Shown here one piece after another: positions 57,712 through 64,000 of a stretch of DNA of 64,000 nucleotides. Below the pieces are notes generated by a model. It was given only the letters and a program-made list of their open reading frames with translations. It was not told the origin of the DNA and did not search any database. Each line of letters begins with the position of its first letter. Position 1 is the first letter of the stretch. The stretch is from Microvirga sp. (GTDB lineage: Bacteria; Pseudomonadota; Alphaproteobacteria; Rhizobiales; Beijerinckiaceae): assembly GCA_036263675.1 (NCBI GenBank), contig DATAGO010000053.1, forward strand, positions 48,902 through 112,901. The letters are read 5' to 3'. The position numbers were made by a program, and so were the translations under genes.

Positions 57712-58119
57712 ATGGATGGCGAAACTCGTTCCGGTGCGGACTCCGCGCAGCTCACGCTCGCCCTCGTGGCGCATGACGCCAAGAAGGACGACATGGCGGA
57801 TTTCGTGGCTGCGCATCGCGGGCGGATCGGGCGCTTCTCGCTGTTCGCCACCGGCACCACCGGCGCCCGCGTCATGGAGCGCTGCCCCGACCTCGCGGTG
57901 ACGCGGCTCAAGAGCGGCCCGCTCGGCGGCGACCAGCAGATCGGCGCCATGATCGCGGAAGGGCGCATCGACGCGCTGGTGTTCTTCGTCGATCCGCTCT
58001 CGCCGCATCCGCACGACGTGGACGTGAAGGCGCTGATGCGCCTCGCCCTCGTCTACGACATCCCGATGGCCCTGAACCGCGCCACCGCGGACCGGCTCAT
58101 CGCGACCTTCGCGGCCTGA
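57712..58119 (+). CDS. mgsA: methylglyoxal synthase
   Basis: Motifs [32 protein letters not shown] and [18 protein letters not shown]. Confidence 0.85.
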   Translation: MDGETRSGADSAQLTLALVAHDAKKDDMADFVAAHRGRIGRFSLFATGTTGARVMERCPDLAVTRLKSGPLGGDQQIGAMIAEGRIDALVFFVDPLSPHPHDVDVKALMRLALVYDIPMALNRATADRLIATFAA

Positions 58120-58133
58120 CGCACCTCCCCGCC

Positions 58134-60602
<2,469 letters not shown>

Positions 60603-60719
60603 GGCGGCGTGATGGCCGAAGCGCCGGGCCCGCGCAAGCGCGCCCGTCCGCACACGATCCGTCGCGCACCGGAGCGCGGCCGGCTCAGGGGCACGGCCGC
60701 GCGGGCAAGCTGCGGGGTC

Positions 60720-61295
60720 CTACCGGCAGACGTCGGGCAGGCGCCGCTTCCAGCGTTCGCCGCGCGGCAGCTCCTCGACCCGCCGCGCCCAGCGGCGCGC
60801 AGGCCGTGCATCGTCCTGCGGGACGATGATCGCGGCTTCGTTGGCGGCCGGAACCAGAATGATCGGGCTCCCGGCCGAAGCGTCGGATGGCTCCGTCATC
60901 GCCGGGGTCTCGCGACGGAAGGCCGAAGCGGCTTTTGGGCGAGGCGCAGGCGTCTCAGGAGCGGCGGCACGCTTTGCCCGGGGCTTGGGCGCCCGCGGCG
61001 CGGGAGCCTCCGCTGCCGACCGGGCTACATCGCGGACCGGAACCTCGGCCGCGGCGCTGCGGTCCGGTTCAGGTTCCGCGACGCGCAGGTCCGGCAGCAC
61101 GCGCCGGGCCGGCGCGGCCTTGGCGGTGGCGCCACGGATCTCGATCGGCGCCCGGTCGTCCGGAGGGCGACCGTTCGGCTCCGCGGGAGCGCGCAGCAGG
61201 GCTTCGGTGTCGGCCCAGAGCGAGGCGGGGGGAGCGGGGTGGCGTCTCTTATTCTTGATTTCGACCGCAAAGGGCCGCAGATCGCGTGATCTCAT
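60720..61295 (-). CDS. hypothetical Pro/Ala/Arg-rich protein
   Basis: Start trimmed to ATG at 61295 (MRSRDLRPFAVEIKNKRRH). The sequence is low in complexity. I recognise no family, and coding status is uncertain. Confidence 0.4.
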   Translation of the reverse strand: MRSRDLRPFAVEIKNKRRHPAPPASLWADTEALLRAPAEPNGRPPDDRAPIEIRGATAKAAPARRVLPDLRVAEPEPDRSAAAEVPVRDVARSAAEAPAPRAPKPRAKRAAAPETPAPRPKAASAFRRETPAMTEPSDASAGSPIILVPAANEAAIIVPQDDARPARRWARRVEELPRGERWKRRLPDVCR

Positions 61296-61470
61296 GTGAT
61301 CGGGATGTGTTGGAATCCGGAAGGAAGGCCGCCGATTCAAAAACGTGGCGGTACAACTCAAGTATCCGGATGCCGGTCTGTTGTCCAGTGGCGACCGCGG
61401 CAGGGTGCCGCGCCGGTCTTCGCGGCACGACAACAGCGCGAACACGTCCTGGAGCGATCGGGAGCGGAGA

Positions 61471-62994
61471 CTAGCTCCGCCCCGGGGCGGCAGCGGGGGA
61501 GCGGCCCGGCAGGACCCGGCGGAGCGCGGCCCCGATGAGCGGCCAGAACATCAGCACGAGGCCGAGCGTCACGAGGCTGCCTACGAGAGCGTTCGACCAG
61601 AAGATCGAGAACGAGCCCTTCGACATGATCATCGACTGGCGGAAGGCGTCCTCGGCCTTGTCGCCGAGCACCATGGCGAGCACGAGCGGCGCGATCGGGT
61701 AGTCGAGCTTCTTGAACATATAGCCCGCAAAGCCGAACACGAGCGCGAGCCAGAGGTCGAAGGGACGGCCCGCGACCGTGTAGGCGCCGATGAAGCACAC
61801 CACCACGATGAGCGGCCCGATGATCGAGAACGGGATGCGCAGGATCGAGGCGAAGAGCGGGATCGTGGCGAGCACCACGACCACGGCGACGATGTTGCCG
61901 AGATACATCGAGGCGATCAGGCCCCAGACGAAATCCGGCCGCTCGACGAACAGCATCGGGCCGGGATTGAGGCCCCAAATCATTAGCCCGCCCATCATGA
62001 CGGCCGCGGTCGCGGAGCCCGGCACGCCGAGCGCGAGCATCGGCAGGATGGCGCTGCTGCCGGCGGCGTGGTCGGCGGTCTCGGGCGCGACCACGCCCTC
62101 GGGCTCGCCCTGGCCGAAGGCCTCCTTGCGGCGCGAGAGGCGCTTGGCGATGCCGTAGCTCATGAAGGAGGCCGCGGTCGGACCGCCCGGCGTGATGCCC
62201 ATCCAGCAGCCGATGGCGCTGGAGCGCAGGAGCGCCACCCAGTAACGCGGCATGCGCGCCATCGTCGCGAACACGTCACGCGGGCTGATGCGCGCCCGGA
62301 TGCCCTCGAAGCGCAGCCCCTCCTCCATGGTGAGCATGAGCTCGCCGATGCCGAACAGGCCGATCACCGCGATCAGGAAGCTGACGCCGGCGAGAAGCTC
62401 GTTGAAGCCGAAGGTGAGGCGCAGGGCGCCCGAGATCGTGTCCATGCCGACGCTCGCGCAGGCGAAGCCGAGGCCCATGGCGACGAGCGTCTTGAACGGC
62501 GAGGCGCCGCCCAAGCCCACGAAGCTCGCGAAGGCGAGGAAGTAGACGGCGAAGTATTCGGGCGAGGAGAAGCGGAGCGCGAAGTTCGCGACCCAGGTCG
62601 ACAGCACGGTGATCAGGATCACGCCGACGAGCGCGCCGAAGCCCGCGGACAGGAACGCGAGCGTCAGGGCCTCGGCGGCCTTGCCCTGCTTCGCCATCGG
62701 GTAGCCGTCGAAGGTGGTCGCGACGGACGACGGCTCGCCCGGGATGTTGAACAGGATCGAGGTCGTGGAGCCGCCGAACAGCGCGCCCCAGTACATGCTG
62801 GTGAGCAGGATAATGGCCGCGACCGGATCCATCGTGAAGGTCAGCGGCAGGAGCAGGGACACGCCGTTCGGCGCGCCCAGGCCCGGCAGCACGCCGACCA
62901 GGATGCCGAGGAGCACGCCCACCATCATGAGCGCGATGTGATAGGTGCTGAGCGCGACGCCGAAGCCGTGCATCAGGGAGGTGAAGTTCTCCAC
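61471..62994 (-). CDS. tctA: tripartite tricarboxylate transporter large permease TctA
   Basis: GTG start, 507 aa, polytopic. GLGAPNGVSLLLP, NIPGEPSSVAT and PGSATAAVMMGG are TctA family motifs. Confidence 0.9.
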   Translation of the reverse strand: MENFTSLMHGFGVALSTYHIALMMVGVLLGILVGVLPGLGAPNGVSLLLPLTFTMDPVAAIILLTSMYWGALFGGSTTSILFNIPGEPSSVATTFDGYPMAKQGKAAEALTLAFLSAGFGALVGVILITVLSTWVANFALRFSSPEYFAVYFLAFASFVGLGGASPFKTLVAMGLGFACASVGMDTISGALRLTFGFNELLAGVSFLIAVIGLFGIGELMLTMEEGLRFEGIRARISPRDVFATMARMPRYWVALLRSSAIGCWMGITPGGPTAASFMSYGIAKRLSRRKEAFGQGEPEGVVAPETADHAAGSSAILPMLALGVPGSATAAVMMGGLMIWGLNPGPMLFVERPDFVWGLIASMYLGNIVAVVVVLATIPLFASILRIPFSIIGPLIVVVCFIGAYTVAGRPFDLWLALVFGFAGYMFKKLDYPIAPLVLAMVLGDKAEDAFRQSMIMSKGSFSIFWSNALVGSLVTLGLVLMFWPLIGAALRRVLPGRSPAAAPGRS

Positions 62995-63019
62995 CGCGGT
63001 CTCCGATCCTTGCGCGCGC

Positions 63020-63499
63020 TCAATAGAGCCCGATGGCCGCCTCGAGCGGGCCCTTCAGGAGCGGGACCTGGAAGGCGAGTTCGAGCACGAGATAGAAGAA
63101 CACCGCGGACGCGATCCCGGTCGCGAGCGACACCAGCGGGCGGTAGCCGCCCTGAAGCCACATCACGAGGGTGAGGTAGAGCGCGCCCGACACGTAGAGG
63201 CCGAGCCAGAGGGACCCCGCGACGAAGAGCACGATCGGGCCCACGAACGACACGACGCGCCGGGCCTGCTCGCGGTCGAGGACCGGCATCGCGAGATCGC
63301 GGCGCGCGAGCGTGGCCTGGACCGCGGTGCCGGCGCTGCCGATCAGGACGAGCAGACCCATCAGGAACGGGAAGGTGCCGGCCTGCGGGCCGGCGGCCCG
63401 CCAGGCGACGCCGTATTCGAGCGAGCCGATCATGACGGTGAGGCCGAGCCCCGCCGTGATGGCGGCGGCGGCGAGCTCCGCCTGCCAACGTGACACCAT
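63020..63499 (-). CDS. tctB: tripartite tricarboxylate transporter small subunit TctB
   Basis: Start at ATG 63499 (MVSRWQAELAAAAITAGLGL). Four TM helices. It lies between tctA and tctC. Confidence 0.65.
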   Translation of the reverse strand: MVSRWQAELAAAAITAGLGLTVMIGSLEYGVAWRAAGPQAGTFPFLMGLLVLIGSAGTAVQATLARRDLAMPVLDREQARRVVSFVGPIVLFVAGSLWLGLYVSGALYLTLVMWLQGGYRPLVSLATGIASAVFFYLVLELAFQVPLLKGPLEAAIGLY

Positions 63500-63566
63500 G
63501 CTGTCCTCCCGGACCGGCACCGGGACGAGGGCCGGCGGCTCGCGCCGGCCGGCCCCTTCGTCCGCG

Positions 63567-64000
63567 TTACTGAACGATCCAGCCTTCCTTCTCGAAGACC
63601 TTGCGGTTCTTGGCGTCGTCCTCGGCGATGAACTTCTTGAGCTCGTCGCCTGCCATGAAGCGTCCCGTCTGCGAGGTCTTCTCGATGTACTCCTTCCACT
63701 CCGGGGTCTCGCTCACCTTCTTGAGCAGGTCGGAGTAGAACGCCACCGCGTCGGCCGGGACGTTGCCGGGCAGCCACACGGTGCGCGGCATCTGGAACTG
63801 GTCGATGCCGATGCCCGACTCCTTGCAGGTCGGGATGTCCTGCCAGCCCATGGTGGCCGTCACCTTGCCGCTGCCCTGGAGGCGCTGCGCGCTGAACACG
63901 CAGAGCGGCTGCACCTGCCCGCCCTTCCACTGGCCGATGTTCTCGTTCGGGTTGTTGGTGTTGGCGTCGATGTGCGCGCCCGCGAGCTGCACCCCGGCCG
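63567..64000 (-). CDS. tctC: tripartite tricarboxylate transporter substrate-binding protein TctC (3' part; 5' end lies outside the window)
   Basis: The open frame continues to the window edge. Its C-terminal sequence (WLPGNVPADAVAFYSDLLKKVSETPEWKEYIEKTSQTGRFMAGDELKKFI) is typical of the TctC/Bug family. Confidence 0.8.
   Translation of the reverse strand, partial: AGVQLAGAHIDANTNNPNENIGQWKGGQVQPLCVFSAQRLQGSGKVTATMGWQDIPTCKESGIGIDQFQMPRTVWLPGNVPADAVAFYSDLLKKVSETPEWKEYIEKTSQTGRFMAGDELKKFIAEDDAKNRKVFEKEGWIVQ

Overview
High-GC (roughly 70% by eye) chromosomal window of alphaproteobacterial, Rhizobiales/Methylobacterium-like character, judged from gene content (Bug/TctC and PF04392-type binding proteins, the FYDLN_acid-aroA-cmk synteny, an Omp25/RopB-type barrel). 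All calls were made by hand from the sequence and the ORF track. Start codons were chosen by eye and family names come from remembered motifs, not from searches. About 55 genes look real. Left to right they are: a PPK2 fragment and a GNAT; a CHASE2 adenylate cyclase with a TPR/beta-barrel outer-membrane protein; adhC; a GH10 hydrolase; an RsbU/RsbV/RsbW-like partner-switching module; a 1597-aa TPR-repeat outer-membrane protein carrying two beta-barrels; a solute-binding protein plus permease with no ATPase gene beside them; a TM-SRPBCC-M50 protease; DUF1345; DedA; a complete alternative complex III operon (actABCDEF) next to a caa3-type oxidase (coxB plus a fused subunit I+III gene); two GH13 enzymes and an SDR; a ThDP enzyme, Bug binding protein, S1 protease and GrdB-like protein; hemolysin III; and a DmpA-like peptidase. 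Then comes a 2.7 kb gene-poor stretch, two orphan PF04392 binding proteins, a collagen-like protein, an EEP gene fragment and tRNA-Ala(GGC). The window ends with FYDLN_acid, aroA, cmk, DUF1194, mgsA, hrpB and tctABC. No rRNA, CRISPR array, intact transposase or intact integrase was seen. The items most worth a second look are: (1) the gene-poor stretch at 46.7-49.4 kb, which holds four stand-alone tiny membrane-peptide genes (three of them paralogous) with related intrinsic terminators, next to a possible integrase N-terminal remnant; (2) the TPR protein with two barrels; (3) a recurring pattern of short tandem duplications sitting on CDS ends, including a triplicated cmk 5' end that creates two ATGA-coupled 20-codon uORFs; (4) a collagen-like secreted protein with a 41-bp tandem repeat upstream. 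Most long ORFs in the track that lie antisense to or overlap these genes are high-GC artefacts.
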